Shown one piece after another: positions 9,997 to 20,201 of a stretch of DNA of 64,000 nucleotides. The DNA is from Trueperaceae bacterium (GTDB lineage Bacteria > Deinococcota > Deinococci > Deinococcales > Trueperaceae). How positions within the stretch are numbered: position 1 is the first letter of the stretch; each line of letters opens with the position of its first letter. Location: NCBI GenBank assembly GCA_965215565.1, contig CBDCDZ010000004.1, forward strand, positions 1,920,001 to 1,984,000, in the 5' to 3' direction. The translations under genes were made by a program, and so were the position numbers. Under the pieces are notes generated by a model that was not told where the DNA came from, did not search any database, and worked only from the letters and a program-made list of their open reading frames with translations.

Positions 9997-10692
9997 ATGG
10001 AACCTCGTAAAGTAAACACTATGGCGCTTGTACTTGTTGTAGAAGATGAACCGGAAATCGCCGAACTCATGGAGGACTACCTGCGCAGTAACGGCTACCG
10101 CACCGAGCGAGCAAGAGACGGCAACGAAGCGCTCTCCCTCTTTCGGCTGGCGCGACCCGATCTCGTCTTGCTCGACATCATGATGCCAGGCTTAGACGGC
10201 GTCGAAGTCTTGAAGCGGCTGCGCTCACAGAGCAACGTGCCCATCATCATGCTGACCGCCAAGACCGAAGAGACCGACAAGATTATCGGCTTAGAACTCG
10301 GCGCGGACGACTACATCACCAAACCCATCCGGCTCAAAGAGGTCATCGCCCGCGTCAAGGCGGTCTTGCGCCGCACCCGCATGAGCGAGCCCACGCACGC
10401 GCCGCTGCGCGTCGGACCTTTGGAGATCGACCCTCTCCAGATGGTCGCCACTGCGAACGGTCAAACCTTACCGCTGACCGTGACCGAATTCCGCCTGCTG
10501 GCGCACCTCGCCGAGCAGAAGGGGCGCATCTTCAGCCGCGTCGAACTTTTAGAAGCGGTCCTGCCCGAGAGCGACGCTTTGGAGCGCGTGATGGACGTTC
10601 ACATCGGTAACCTGCGCCGGAAGCTGGACACGCAAGAGGCGAGTTATTTGCTTCAGACGGTACGCGGCGTGGGCTTCAAGCTCACCGAATGA
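9997..10692 (+). CDS. OmpR/PhoB-family response regulator (start 9997 or 10021)
   Basis: Receiver motifs 'VVEDE', 'LLDIMMPG', 'GADDYITKP' and C-terminal wHTH 'TVRGVGFKL'. Confidence 0.95.
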   Translation: MEPRKVNTMALVLVVEDEPEIAELMEDYLRSNGYRTERARDGNEALSLFRLARPDLVLLDIMMPGLDGVEVLKRLRSQSNVPIIMLTAKTEETDKIIGLELGADDYITKPIRLKEVIARVKAVLRRTRMSEPTHAPLRVGPLEIDPLQMVATANGQTLPLTVTEFRLLAHLAEQKGRIFSRVELLEAVLPESDALERVMDVHIGNLRRKLDTQEASYLLQTVRGVGFKLTE

Positions 10693-10814
10693 AGTCTCTA
10701 AGCCCGAAGGTGTCCCGTTTTACATGGTTATGGACACTCAATTGCCTCTCTTGCAAGCTTTTTGTGACCTCGCACGCAAAACGTGGTACACCGCTTAAAA
10801 TAGGGGGGGACTGA

Positions 10815-12011
10815 ATGGGTCGGCTCTGGGTCCGTATCGCGCTGCTGTGTGCGCTCAGCATCGTCGTCACGGTGATGACGATGGTTGGCGTACAAAACTA
10901 CTACTTCGCCCAGGCATTAGAGCAAACCAGCCCCCTCTTCCGGAACGCAATTGAGGAAATCCGTGCGAATCCGAATCTGGACGGGGCGGCGCAGCTCGAG
11001 CTTCTGCGCGAAGCGACCCGCCAGACGACGGAGGATACTGCGGCGTTTCGTCAGTACATGATGCAACTCCGCGTCATGCTCGACGCGGACAGGCGTTTCC
11101 CACGTCTCGCCGCGTGGATCAGCTTGCCTATTTCACTGCTTTTCGCGGGTGTAGTTGCCTACTTTATCGCGCGACCTATCCGGCGCGTTTCAGTAGCGGC
11201 TGAACGTATTACCGAGGGGGACCTAAGCGTACGCGCCGCACCCGATCAGGTGTGGGCTCAAGGTGAACTCGCGCAGCTCGTCCACAACTTCAACGCGATG
11301 GCTGAGTCACTAGAGCGGCTCGAGCGCGAGCGGCAGGACATGATCGCCGACATCGCCCACGAGCTGCGCACACCGCTGACCGTCTTGCAGTGGCAGATTG
11401 ACGCTATGCGTGAGGGCGTGCGTCCCTTAAACGAAACTTCACTCGAGCGTTTGGATAGGCAGACGCAGCTCCTTGCGCGGCTCATCGAAGACTTGCGGAC
11501 GCTCTCGCTGGCGGAGGCGAAACGGCTTTCGCTCGAGCGTAGAACGTTGGACATCGTGCCCTTCACGGAGCAGGTTACTGCCAGCTTTGACGAACGGGCG
11601 GCGGAACGCCGGGTTCACCTCTCGTTCGCCTCGGCGCTTGAAAAAGGCGTGACGCTCGACGCGGACCCGGACAGGCTCGAGCAGGTAGTATCCAACCTAA
11701 TCAACAACGCCCTTAGGTACACGCCTGAGGGTGAAGAAATCATCGTCAGCGTCGAGATGTATGGAGACTGCGTAAGCATCTCGGTCCAAAATACCGGACC
11801 AGGACTTTCAGATGAGGCGCTGGGGCGCGTCTTTGACCGTTTTTATAGAGAGGGTGAGCGGGCTTTAGTGGCGGAAGGTAGCGGTTTAGGTCTTCCGATT
11901 GCGAAGGCGCTCGTCGAACTTCATAAGGGGACGATTGAGGTTAGGAACGCGCCACAAGGCGGCGCGGTGTTCCAGGTGTTTCTGCCTTTGTCATCTGCCA
12001 GTCTAGCTTGA
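10815..12011 (+). CDS. HAMP-domain sensor histidine kinase (BaeS-like)
   Basis: Two TM helices, HAMP, H-box 'IAHELRTPL', N-box 'NLINNALRY', G2 'GSGLGL'. Confidence 0.95.
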   Translation: MGRLWVRIALLCALSIVVTVMTMVGVQNYYFAQALEQTSPLFRNAIEEIRANPNLDGAAQLELLREATRQTTEDTAAFRQYMMQLRVMLDADRRFPRLAAWISLPISLLFAGVVAYFIARPIRRVSVAAERITEGDLSVRAAPDQVWAQGELAQLVHNFNAMAESLERLERERQDMIADIAHELRTPLTVLQWQIDAMREGVRPLNETSLERLDRQTQLLARLIEDLRTLSLAEAKRLSLERRTLDIVPFTEQVTASFDERAAERRVHLSFASALEKGVTLDADPDRLEQVVSNLINNALRYTPEGEEIIVSVEMYGDCVSISVQNTGPGLSDEALGRVFDRFYREGERALVAEGSGLGLPIAKALVELHKGTIEVRNAPQGGAVFQVFLPLSSASLA

Positions 12012-12554
12012 TGAGGCTATCCTACGGTAACTTGGAGAGGTCAGGAAATAAGTGGTCCATCCGCCAAATACGTGCAGGGTGTAGAGCAGGGTTCACTTCA
12101 CGAAGGAGGCCGCGCTATGCGCTCTTACGCTCGTGTTCGCAAGTTGACCGAGGAGGAGTATCAAGAACGCAAGCGCTGAGAACGTTCCAGGACAATGGCG
12201 GCAGGTAAGGTCAAGCGGGCTCGGACGGTGCTGTGCTCGAACCAAGGTTATACCTGCACCGAGATTACGCAGAAGCTCGAGATGGGTGAACGCACAGTAA
12301 GATGGTGGGTGACGCGCTTCAACAAGCTGGGTATCCCAGGACCAGAAGAAGAGCAGCGCCCGGGACGCCCACGAGTTTTTACTGCCGAGCAAGTGGGAGC
12401 AGTGATTGAAACGGCGTTGACGAAACCTGACGAGTTGGGGCTGCCCTTCGGTGCTTGGACCCTAGCTAGGCTCGTTGCCCATCTCAGCAAAGAGAAGGGC
12501 GTCGAGATGAGCCGCAGCCGCATAAGCGAGATTTTTAGGCGTGAAGGACTTAGG

Positions 12555-12620
12555 ACAGGTGATCGCCTAAAGCGAAGTCGCGTGGTCCCGCTCCCGCTAG
12601 CCGCCGTTGGCGGTAACCTT
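12555..12620. repeat. Short palindromic insert (family B), in-frame 66 bp inside IS630 orfA
   Basis: AGGTGATCGCC...GGTAACCT. Removing it restores REGLR-WRQQESW. A related inverted copy lies at 13205-13245, and the internal module recurs at 59150-59199. Confidence 0.65.
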
Positions 12621-13082
12621 TGGCGGCAGCAGGAGAGCTGGTTTGATAAGCGTGTCGATCCTGAGTTCGCCAAAAAAAGGGTGCCACCCTACGGCTTTAT
12701 ACGGCACCCCCGGCAGAAAGCGTCGTCCTCTGCATAGACGAGATGGGTCCCTTGTCAGTGCGGACCTATCAGGGTAAGGAACTCGTCAAGGTTCACGGTC
12801 CCCCTGCCGGACGCGCGAAAGCTGACCTCATCTACACCGGGCAGCCGTTCGGCGGTTACGTCTACGGCGCATTAGAACCCGCCACAGGTGCAGTGTTCAC
12901 CGAGGTCTATTCGCGTCGCAACGTCGGGTATTACGTCGAGTTCTTAGAAAAAGTCGAGCAGTGGGTCTCACCCGAGATCAAACGCATCTACGCCATCGTC
13001 GACAACTTGGCGGCGCATAGCGCGTATGACATCATGCTCTTCAGCCTTGCCTACCCACGCTGGGAGTTCGTGTTCCAACCTA

Positions 13083-13194
13083 TAGCAGGTATCATCTGGT
13101 CAGAGACACTCCTACTTTGTAAAACGATGTCTAGCACGCACTTTAAGGGATGATACCTGCACTCATCCGTCTCAGTATATTTTGGAACTGCTAC
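13083..13194 (+). mobile_element. Family A MITE (112 bp) with TA target duplication
   Basis: TAGCA...TGCTA ends and internal IR GCAGGTATCATC/GATGATACCTGC. Excising it plus one TA restores CCT-AAG-TAT-GCT (P-K-Y-A) of the transposase. Confidence 0.85.
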
Positions 13195-13675
13195 TAAGTA
13201 TGCTAGGTTACCGGCAAAGCCGGATTCGCCTAGCGGCGATCACCTATGGCTATCTCAACCTTATCGAGCCTTGGTGGAAGACGCTGCGCTCGCTTGCTCT
13301 CAAAGGACGACACTTCAACTTGTGGGACGAGATGATCGAACCCATCAGGAGAGCGACCGCCTACTGGAACGAGCACAAGCATCCCTACGTCTGGGGCAAG
13401 CGCAGAAGGCAGCGCCGCGCTTGCAAGTATGGCGTCGCTTCCCTGCCTAGTCCGGTCGGTTTTTAGCGGATGGACCAGTAAGGGTGCTGTTCGGGCCGAG
13501 TCACGCATAAGGATTTGACTCAACGGTTCACCGCCACAAACTGAAAGTTCACAACCTTATTCAAATTCAGTACGGTTTGGAGTATAATAGTAGGGTTGTT
13601 CGAAATTTTTTGTTCACAGCTCTACTTTAATTCTACAGCTATTTGTGTAGAGAAATAGAAAAGTTCTTTACTAAG

Positions 13676-14313
13676 TACTCCGTCAATTAAGTTTTACGCC
13701 ATGTTTGGTAGTGCCTTTTGAGCTTGCCACGTGCACTCTGGATAGGGAACTGCCAATTAAAGGTAATACATTTGGCGTTGCGAGCTTCTACCCAAGCTAA
13801 GACTTCGTGCTCGAGTTGTTTTTGGCAGGGGATGTGTCTATTGAAACGTTGCCTAGCGAGGGCAGAGAACTCGATTTCAATAGCGTTGAAGCCAGCTTGC
13901 ACCCTTGGGGGGAAGTGCATCTCGAAACGCTCACAGAGTGCAAAGGCGTCTTCTGGAAGTAGGTGCGCATAGAAGGAGCCGCCCTGATGGGTGTTCAGAT
14001 TGTCTTGCGCGAGTTCAATCGTTTCAGCTTCAGGCAATTGCTCGCTGAGGCGCTGCATAAAGAGGGTGTATTCCTTGGCGGTTCTGCGCTCATAGACTTT
14101 AGCCCAGCGCCTACCTGCGTGGGGCTCGAACGCCATGAGTAGGGCGCAGGAGCCGTGCTTAGTGTAGCAATAGTCCTCGCGCTTGGGCTTGCCTGCACTC
14201 ATGAAAATAGGCACCACCACATCGCCAATCAAGAAACAGGGGCGTTCGTCAAAACAGATCACGGGACGTTTGGGGTCATAGAGGCGGGCATAGAGTACGA
14301 AGACCTGCTCCAC
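13676..14313 (-). pseudogene. IS630-family transposase, C-terminal DDE part and right end
   Basis: 'YDPKRPVICFDERP', 'QDNLNTH', 'NAIEIEFSAL'; end motif TACTCCGTCAA at 13676. Confidence 0.85.
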
Positions 14314-14432
14314 TAGAACGGGCGAAGCCCGGTCCGTTGGGCTGCGCGGAAAAGAGCCTTGAGCTGGAGGTAGCCTTCTCCCGGAGGAGGGCGACGCAAA
14401 CGGGCAGCCGCCCTGCCTTTGCATCTTCAAAT

Positions 14433-14599
14433 CAACGCGCGTAGATAACGGCTCACTGTGCGCCGCGTGGTCCCGCGTTTCGCAAAAGCGAAAACTGCGT
14501 AACACTTCGTTCCCACTGGTCCGCTAGCTGCTAAAGGCTTCTCTGCGAATAGAAATAAGCGCTATCAGTGGTGTGGCAATGACTCATGGAATTGCTATT
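14433..14599 (-). repeat. 167-bp inverted repeat, copy 1 (partner at 24521-24687)
   Basis: Base-by-base reverse complement of 24521-24687 with a single mismatch (14547/24573). Confidence 0.95.
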
Positions 14600-14623
14600 G
14601 GATTATTTCGGCGCACCTACCTA

Positions 14624-14735
14624 TAGCAGGTATCATCTGGTTTGAGACGCTCTCACTGTAAAAAACACCGTTTATCACGCACATTCGGAGATGATATCTG
14701 CGGCACTCCGTCTCAGTATGTTTTGGAAGTGCTAC
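14624..14735 (+). mobile_element. Family A MITE (112 bp), TA-flanked
   Basis: Collinear with 13083-13194 and the same length, with TA on both sides. Confidence 0.85.
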
Positions 14736-14859
14736 TAATACCGAAGTGAGTCTGTGAAGGTTGCCCGTAGCAAGAGAGTGTGAAGTAATACACATTGGCT
14801 CAGGCGACTCTGCTACAGTCAGAGACGTAGAAAGCAAGGAAATATACGTTCGGGGGTGC

Positions 14860-15095
14860 GTGAATATCATTCTATAGCTCGTTCTAAGAGCCTCAGCGGG
14901 CTGGACCGCCAGCCTCACTACCAAGACAGACCAGGGTTTGTTGCTCGACATCGTCGGCGCGTTTATAAGCGGCTTCTATGCAACCTTTTTGGCGCGGCGG
15001 GGGTGACGAACTCCAACATCTCTAGCATCTCGGGCGCTACCATCGGCTCAGTCGCGCTGCTCTTTGTCGTCAAAATAGTTGTGAGCCGAATTTAG
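14860..15095 (+). pseudogene. GlsB/YeaQ/YmgE (transglycosylase-associated) family pseudogene
   Basis: VNIIL*...AGWTASLTTKTDQGLLLDIVGAFISGF then frameshift into LFGAAGVT...ATIGSVALLFVVK. Confidence 0.7.
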
Positions 15096-15170
15096 CCGCT
15101 AGATTGCAGATGGATACAGACTGGATTAAAACCGTTCACGATAAGCAGTACCGCTCATAAAGGGGGCAAC

Positions 15171-15389
15171 ATGGCAAGCGATCCACAAGACCGAAAAGTC
15201 GGCGTCTATGGGGGCGACGACACAACTACCGAGACCGCCGAACCGGCCCGAACGGACACGACTACAACTGAAACCCGCACAACTGAAACTTATTCAGCGG
15301 ATGAGAAGAAGAGCGGGGGCATCCCGAGCTGGGTGATTGCACTGATCGTCCTGGTCGTCGTGATTCTCGCCATCATCCTCCTCTTTTAA
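15171..15389 (+). CDS. Small C-terminally anchored membrane protein
   Basis: RBS AAGGGGG, Thr-rich hydrophilic region and one C-terminal TM. Confidence 0.7.
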   Translation: MASDPQDRKVGVYGGDDTTTETAEPARTDTTTTETRTTETYSADEKKSGGIPSWVIALIVLVVVILAIILLF

Positions 15390-15396
15390 CGTAGGG

Positions 15397-16023
15397 GTGA
15401 ATGAGGTGGAGTTCGTAACGCTCACTGACCTAGAAGGCCGCCGTACCAGAGCGGAATTGCTCTCTCAAGACGGGGGTCAGCGGCATATTCGCTTAGAGGG
15501 CGGCCAAGCTGTCTCCCTGCCTGAAGACGCGCTGGTCAAGCAAAACAGCGGTGATTACTACCTGCTCCTCAAGCTGAGCGAGTTAGAGGCGAGTGCGGGC
15601 GAACCTGGGAGGGCGGACGTGTCACCCGAACGTGAAGAGGTTGTCATTCCCGTCGCTGAAGAGCGTATCAAAGTCGAGAAGCGCCGGGTTGAAGGCGCGA
15701 CGGTGCGCGTGACTAAAGAGGTCTTCGAGGAGGACGAGGTCGTCGACGAACCTCTCCGGGGCGAAGAGGTCTCCGTGGAGCGTGTCAAACTGGGCCGAAT
15801 AGTCGAGGAAGCCGAATCCATCCGCACGGAAGGCGACACGACCATCATCCCGCTGTACGAAGAGGTCTTGGTGGTTAAGAAGCGCCTCGTCTTAGCCGAA
15901 GAGCTGCGCGTGACCAAGCGGCAGACCGAGCGGCGCGAGCCGCAGACCGTAACGTTGCGCCGCGAAGAGGCTACCATTGAGCGCCTAGAACCAGGAGAGG
16001 GGGTGGTCAAGGGGGACGAATAG
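15397..16023 (+). CDS. YsnF/AvaK (DUF2382) domain protein
   Basis: 'VIPVAEERIKVEKR', 'IIPLYEEVLVVKKRLVLAEELRV', 'VTLRREEA'. Confidence 0.85.
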   Translation: MNEVEFVTLTDLEGRRTRAELLSQDGGQRHIRLEGGQAVSLPEDALVKQNSGDYYLLLKLSELEASAGEPGRADVSPEREEVVIPVAEERIKVEKRRVEGATVRVTKEVFEEDEVVDEPLRGEEVSVERVKLGRIVEEAESIRTEGDTTIIPLYEEVLVVKKRLVLAEELRVTKRQTERREPQTVTLRREEATIERLEPGEGVVKGDE

Positions 16024-16099
16024 GTAGCAGAGGTAATGCGCGACGAAACACAACTCATCAGAAACACAACCGCTACTCAGAATATAAAGGAGACACATC

Positions 16100-16861
16100 A
16101 TGGCAAACACCATTATTGGACTTTACAACGACGCCAGCACCGCCGAGCGCGTGATTGACGATCTGACAAACAGTGGCTTTAACCGCAGCAACGTCGAGAT
16201 GCACCGCGAGAGCGACGCTTCAGGCTTGCACAGCGAACTCGTGGACGAAGGCATCCCCCGTGACGACGCGGACTACTACGTCGAAGGTCTGCGTGACGGC
16301 GGCGTGCTGGTCAGCGTCCAAGCGGATGACAGTGACACGGATAAAGCCGTCAACATCATGAACCGCTACGCGGACGAGGGCGGCTACGAGGACAGGCGCG
16401 AGTTCGACGACGACCTAGCCAGCAGAGACGCGGCTGACCGGGGCGACCGAGATGCGGATAGAAGCGCGAGGACGACGGACGACGACACCATCGAAGTCGC
16501 CGAAGAGCGGATGAACGTCGGCAAGCGCCGCGTCAACCGGGGCGGCGTGCGCGTGCGTAGCCGCGTCGTCGAGGAAGAGGTCGAGGAGGACGTGACCCTG
16601 CGCGACGAAGAGGTCAAGGTTGACCGTGAGCGCGTGGACCGCAAGGTGGACGGCGCGGATGGCGACCTCTTCCAAGAGCGCACTATCGAAGCCACCGAAA
16701 CCGACGAAGAGGCTGTAGTAGATAAAGAGGCCCGCATCACCGAGGAGATACACGTCGACAAAGAGGCAACGGAGCGCACCGAGACCGTGCGCGACACCGT
16801 GCGCCGCACCGAAGTGGACGTTGAAGAGACGGACGGCGACACAAGGCGCGACCGAAGCTAA
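16100..16861 (+). CDS. General-stress (YflT-like) N-domain plus YsnF/AvaK (DUF2382) domain protein
   Basis: RBS AAGGAG; 'YYVEGLRDGGVLVSV'; 'EERMNVGKRRVNRGGVRV...VRDTVRRTEVDVE'. Confidence 0.85.
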   Translation: MANTIIGLYNDASTAERVIDDLTNSGFNRSNVEMHRESDASGLHSELVDEGIPRDDADYYVEGLRDGGVLVSVQADDSDTDKAVNIMNRYADEGGYEDRREFDDDLASRDAADRGDRDADRSARTTDDDTIEVAEERMNVGKRRVNRGGVRVRSRVVEEEVEEDVTLRDEEVKVDRERVDRKVDGADGDLFQERTIEATETDEEAVVDKEARITEEIHVDKEATERTETVRDTVRRTEVDVEETDGDTRRDRS

Positions 16862-16922
16862 ATGACTAAACCAGGGGGCCTTTTCAGGTCCTCCGCTCGC
16901 ACTATTCAATCAGGAGAACCTT

Positions 16923-17903
16923 ATGGCAGAAGCACATCCGAGGCGCGACGACCGCGTCATCGTCCAATCCGACTCAAACGACTATGACCGCGACAACCGC
17001 GACGGCAGACCCGTTAAGCGCATTTCATGGGGCGCGATCGTCGCGGGCGCACTTACTGCGCTCGCGGTGCTCACGCTCCTCAACATGCTCTTCTACGGCA
17101 TCGGCATCTCGACGATTAACACGGCGAGCGAGCAGAATCCCTTTGCAGGCTTGCCCGTAGGGATGCTCATCGCGACCATCATCAGCAACCTGGTTGCGCT
17201 CTTCGTCGGCGGTTACGTCGCGGGCAAGCTCGCGGGCACGCCGCGCACCTTCCCCGGTATCATGCACGGCATCCTCACTTGGGTGCTCCTGACGATCTTC
17301 ACCTTCTACCTGGCAACTACGGCAGTGGGTAGTCTGGTCAGCGGCGTGACGAGCACGCTCGGCTCAGCCTTTAGCGCCGCCAGCTCGGGTATCAGCAGCG
17401 CTGTGAGCGCCGTGCCCGGAAGCGCCGTGCCGAACTCGCCCCAGGGTGCGGCTGGTGCGCTCAACCAGATTCCCGGTCTAAGCAACGTTCAGGGCCAGAT
17501 AGATCAGCTCCTCAACCAAGCGGGCGTACAGAACCCGCAGCAGGCCAGCCAACAGCTAGTCAGCACTGCGGTCAATACCATACAGTCTGGTGAGAGCTTG
17601 ACCTCGGAGGCGACGCAGCAGGAATTCACCAACGTCATCGCTCAGAATTCCGATCTCTCCGAGCAGGAGATTCAACAGCAGGTTCAGCAATTCTCGCAGA
17701 ACGCGCAGCAGCAGATCGACCAGGCGCAGCAGCAGGCTTCTGAAACCGCGCAAGCTGCGGCTAACGCGGTAGGCACAGCCGCCATCATCGCCTTTTTCGT
17801 GCTGCTTGTCGGCGCAGGCGTCGCCGCTGCCGGGAGCAGCGTTGGCAGTCCGAAAGATGCGCGCGAAGCGCAAGGTGAAGGCGCGCGGACCCGCAGGGCG
17901 TAA
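16923..17903 (+). CDS. Hypothetical membrane protein with a Q-rich soluble region
   Basis: 'RISWGAIVAG', 'GGYVAGKLAG', 'HGILTW': a pattern typical of proteins found with DUF2382 genes. Confidence 0.75.
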   Translation: MAEAHPRRDDRVIVQSDSNDYDRDNRDGRPVKRISWGAIVAGALTALAVLTLLNMLFYGIGISTINTASEQNPFAGLPVGMLIATIISNLVALFVGGYVAGKLAGTPRTFPGIMHGILTWVLLTIFTFYLATTAVGSLVSGVTSTLGSAFSAASSGISSAVSAVPGSAVPNSPQGAAGALNQIPGLSNVQGQIDQLLNQAGVQNPQQASQQLVSTAVNTIQSGESLTSEATQQEFTNVIAQNSDLSEQEIQQQVQQFSQNAQQQIDQAQQQASETAQAAANAVGTAAIIAFFVLLVGAGVAAAGSSVGSPKDAREAQGEGARTRRA

Positions 17904-18075
17904 GCCGTCAATCTCATGTGTTGCGGCGTGCTCAGTAGGGGTCACCGCAACACCTCGCAACATCTTCGTACTAAGCCAAACTCAGGTCTCAAGTTCAGGT
18001 TAGACAACTTGACGCAGACACGCTCATTCTGACAAGAACCTCATTCACGCACACCTTAGTCCAAGGGGGGACACT

Positions 18076-19392
18076 ATGTCACAGAACACACCACAATCCG
18101 CTGCACAGAAGCGAATTTTAACCTGGCTGAGCGACGCCTACGCGATGGAGACCGAGGGCGCGAAGACGCTCGAGCGCCACGCGAACGCCGCCGAGAACTA
18201 TCCCCAAATCCAGTCGAAATTGCAGCGCCACGCCGAGGAGACACGCCGGCACGCCGAGAAGGTCAAAGGTTGCGCTCAGCGGCTCGGCGGGCAACCGTCC
18301 GCCGCCAGGGAAGCGTTAGGTACGGTAATGGGCACGGCTAGAGGCGTCGCCACCCGCGCCGCTAAGGACACCGTTGTCAAGAACGCGCTGGCTGACTACG
18401 CCTCTGAGCACTTCGAGATCGCCTGCTACAAGTCGCTCATCGCCGCCGCCGAAAGGGAGGGCGACCAGGAAACCGCCAGGGTCTGCCGCGAGATTTTAGA
18501 AGAAGAAGAGGCGATGGTTGGGTTTTTAGATGAGCAAATAGGCGACGTAACCGAGCGATTCCTGAGCAAGCAGGCGAGCGAAGAGCAGAGCAGCAACGGC
18601 TCGAGTTCGCAAGACATGCAGGAGACAGGGCAGAAACTCCTCAAAGGGGCGCAGCAGAACGCCCTACCCATCGTGGGCGGACTCGTCGTCGCGGGCGCAG
18701 GCGCGGGACTCTTGCTCACGCGCGTGCTCGGAGGCAAGCAGCAGTCCAGTGAAGACCAGGACGCGAACCGAGATGTGTACGGAAGCTCAGGCTATGGAGA
18801 CGAGAGCAGTCCGTACGACGCCGTCCGGGGCGGAGCCTACTCGGGCGAAGCAGCCGGCTACGCCCAGCCCCTCGAGCAACCTTACGACCAGCCCATGGTG
18901 ACGCCTACTCAGCTCGAGTCGGATGTTGATAGTGGGTTGCAGGGTGACCTGCAAAGCGATGGGCTGCAAAGCGGTGGCTTGCAGAGTGTCGGGCTACAAA
19001 GTAGCGACTTACAAAGTGGCAGCCTGCAAGACGACCTTCAAAGCAGCGCGCAGCGTGACGGCTTTCAAAACGACGTTGTAGGCGTGCAGAGCACTATGGA
19101 TCAAAGCTCCGTTCAAAGCGGTGATGCGGGTGCCGCAGTTGTAGAGGTTGCCGAAACCGAAGAATCTCCAACCGGCGACCCGGTAGCGGACGAGGTCATG
19201 ATGCGCCTCAAGGAGCATAAACAGATAGACAATAGCGATATCGAGGTTACCGTGGAGAAGAACGGGCGTGTGACCTTGAAGGGCACCGTTGACAGCAAAG
19301 ACATCAAGCAGCGGGCGGAAAAGGCTGTTGCAGGCGTTTTGAGCGTCAGCCAGGTCCGCAACCAACTCAAGGTGAAGTCGCAAAAAGCGTAG
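18076..19392 (+). CDS. DUF892 (YciE/YciF ferritin-like) plus TM, low-complexity linker and C-terminal BON domain
   Basis: 'WLSDAYAME', 'HAEETRRH', 'EHFEIACYKSL', 'ILEEEEAM'; BON 'IEVTVEKNGRVTLKGTV...VRNQLKV'. Confidence 0.85.
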   Translation: MSQNTPQSAAQKRILTWLSDAYAMETEGAKTLERHANAAENYPQIQSKLQRHAEETRRHAEKVKGCAQRLGGQPSAAREALGTVMGTARGVATRAAKDTVVKNALADYASEHFEIACYKSLIAAAEREGDQETARVCREILEEEEAMVGFLDEQIGDVTERFLSKQASEEQSSNGSSSQDMQETGQKLLKGAQQNALPIVGGLVVAGAGAGLLLTRVLGGKQQSSEDQDANRDVYGSSGYGDESSPYDAVRGGAYSGEAAGYAQPLEQPYDQPMVTPTQLESDVDSGLQGDLQSDGLQSGGLQSVGLQSSDLQSGSLQDDLQSSAQRDGFQNDVVGVQSTMDQSSVQSGDAGAAVVEVAETEESPTGDPVADEVMMRLKEHKQIDNSDIEVTVEKNGRVTLKGTVDSKDIKQRAEKAVAGVLSVSQVRNQLKVKSQKA

Positions 19393-19415
19393 CGCTCGCA
19401 CTTTAGGAGACCGAC

Positions 19416-19889
19416 ATGGATAAACTCAGCAGCCTCTTCGGGGGTGATCAAAATCGCCATGACGAGCTGCGCGACTTCGAGCGCCGCCACCGCGAAAACC
19501 CGGACGATATCTCCGAAGAGGAGGCGGCGCGGCGCTACCGCGAGATGATGGCCCACACCCATGACGAGGACGAAGACGAGGAGATGCACCGCGAGTACGA
19601 GCGGGCCTTTTCACAGATGTCACCCGAGGAGCGGCGCACCTTGGCGCAGCGCTTTCAAGAAGCGCATCATGACAGCAACCGTCCCTACAGCCACGGCGAA
19701 GCGCAAGACCTAGACCAATCCAGCTCACCGCGCTCGCTCGGACGTATGACCCGCCAAGCCGCGCACAAAGACCCCGACCTGCTCCAGCAGCTCACCGGGC
19801 CGGGCAGCCCCTTGTCAGGTAGGATCGGCAAGATGGCGATGTCCGGGCTCGCCGCCTACGCCGCCAAGCGTTTTCTGGGCCGTCGCTGA
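19416..19889 (+). CDS. Hypothetical protein (hydrophilic, helical)
   Basis: RBS AGGAG, 157 aa, followed by a terminator. Confidence 0.7.
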   Translation: MDKLSSLFGGDQNRHDELRDFERRHRENPDDISEEEAARRYREMMAHTHDEDEDEEMHREYERAFSQMSPEERRTLAQRFQEAHHDSNRPYSHGEAQDLDQSSSPRSLGRMTRQAAHKDPDLLQQLTGPGSPLSGRIGKMAMSGLAAYAAKRFLGRR

Positions 19890-19898
19890 GCAGAGTGT

Positions 19899-19943
19899 AA
19901 AAAGGCGCGACGTGATGGGGAACGCCATCACGTCGTTTTGTTT
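19899..19943 (+). terminator. Rho-independent terminator ending the stress cluster
   Basis: CGACGTGATGG-ggaacg-CCATCACGTCG followed by TTTTGTTT. Confidence 0.75.
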
Positions 19944-20052
19944 GGTCATGCCCATCGCAGATACCAACTTTACAGGGCGCACCGTGTTTCACTGCCATGT
20001 CGTAGAACACGAAGACCTCGGGATGATGAGTATCGTAGAGGTCAACGAATAG
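19942..20052 (+). pseudogene. Multicopper oxidase C-terminal remnant
   Basis: Manual translation ...FTGRTVFHCHVVEHEDLGMMSIVEVNE* contains the HCHxxxHxxxxM type-1/type-3 Cu signature. Confidence 0.85.
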
Positions 20053-20112
20053 GGCTTGGGGACGCTCTATACCCGGGTCAATCGCGCTTGCTGAGCGAGG
20101 CAAAGAGTACAG

Positions 20113-20171
20113 TTGAACCGACTCGAGATTTGCGTTATAATTAATCTACTAACCCACCCCCCCAGGGGTGG
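20113..20171 (+). promoter_or_regulatory. copA promoter with a putative CsoR-type operator
   Basis: TTGAAC-17bp-TATAAT (20113-20141), then C-tract/G-tract palindrome CCACCCC-n4-GGGGTGG (20154-20171). Confidence 0.65.
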
Positions 20172-20201
20172 AAAGGGAAACGTTAGCGAAAGGATATCGG
20201 T

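Larger units (their letters stand above)
12049..13480 (+). mobile_element. IS630-family insertion sequence, inactivated
   Basis: Terminal IR core TGGTCCATCCGC (12053) / GCGGATGGACCA (13466). orfA starts at ATG 12117 with an in-frame TGA. A7GGG slippery site at 12672-12681. DDE motifs IDEMG/VDNL/NLIEPWW. Interrupted by three small inserts. Confidence 0.9.

Noticed and set aside
14314..14505. N-terminal 'MLRSFRFCETRDH...' of ORF 13687..14505 and ORF 24615..24863 as real proteins
   Set aside because: The shared peptide is just the translation of the 167-bp repeat. Transposase similarity starts only at about 14313.
19792..20144. ORFs 19792..20103 (-) and 19938..20144 (+)
   Set aside because: These are alternative frames over the terminator and the multicopper-oxidase remnant.
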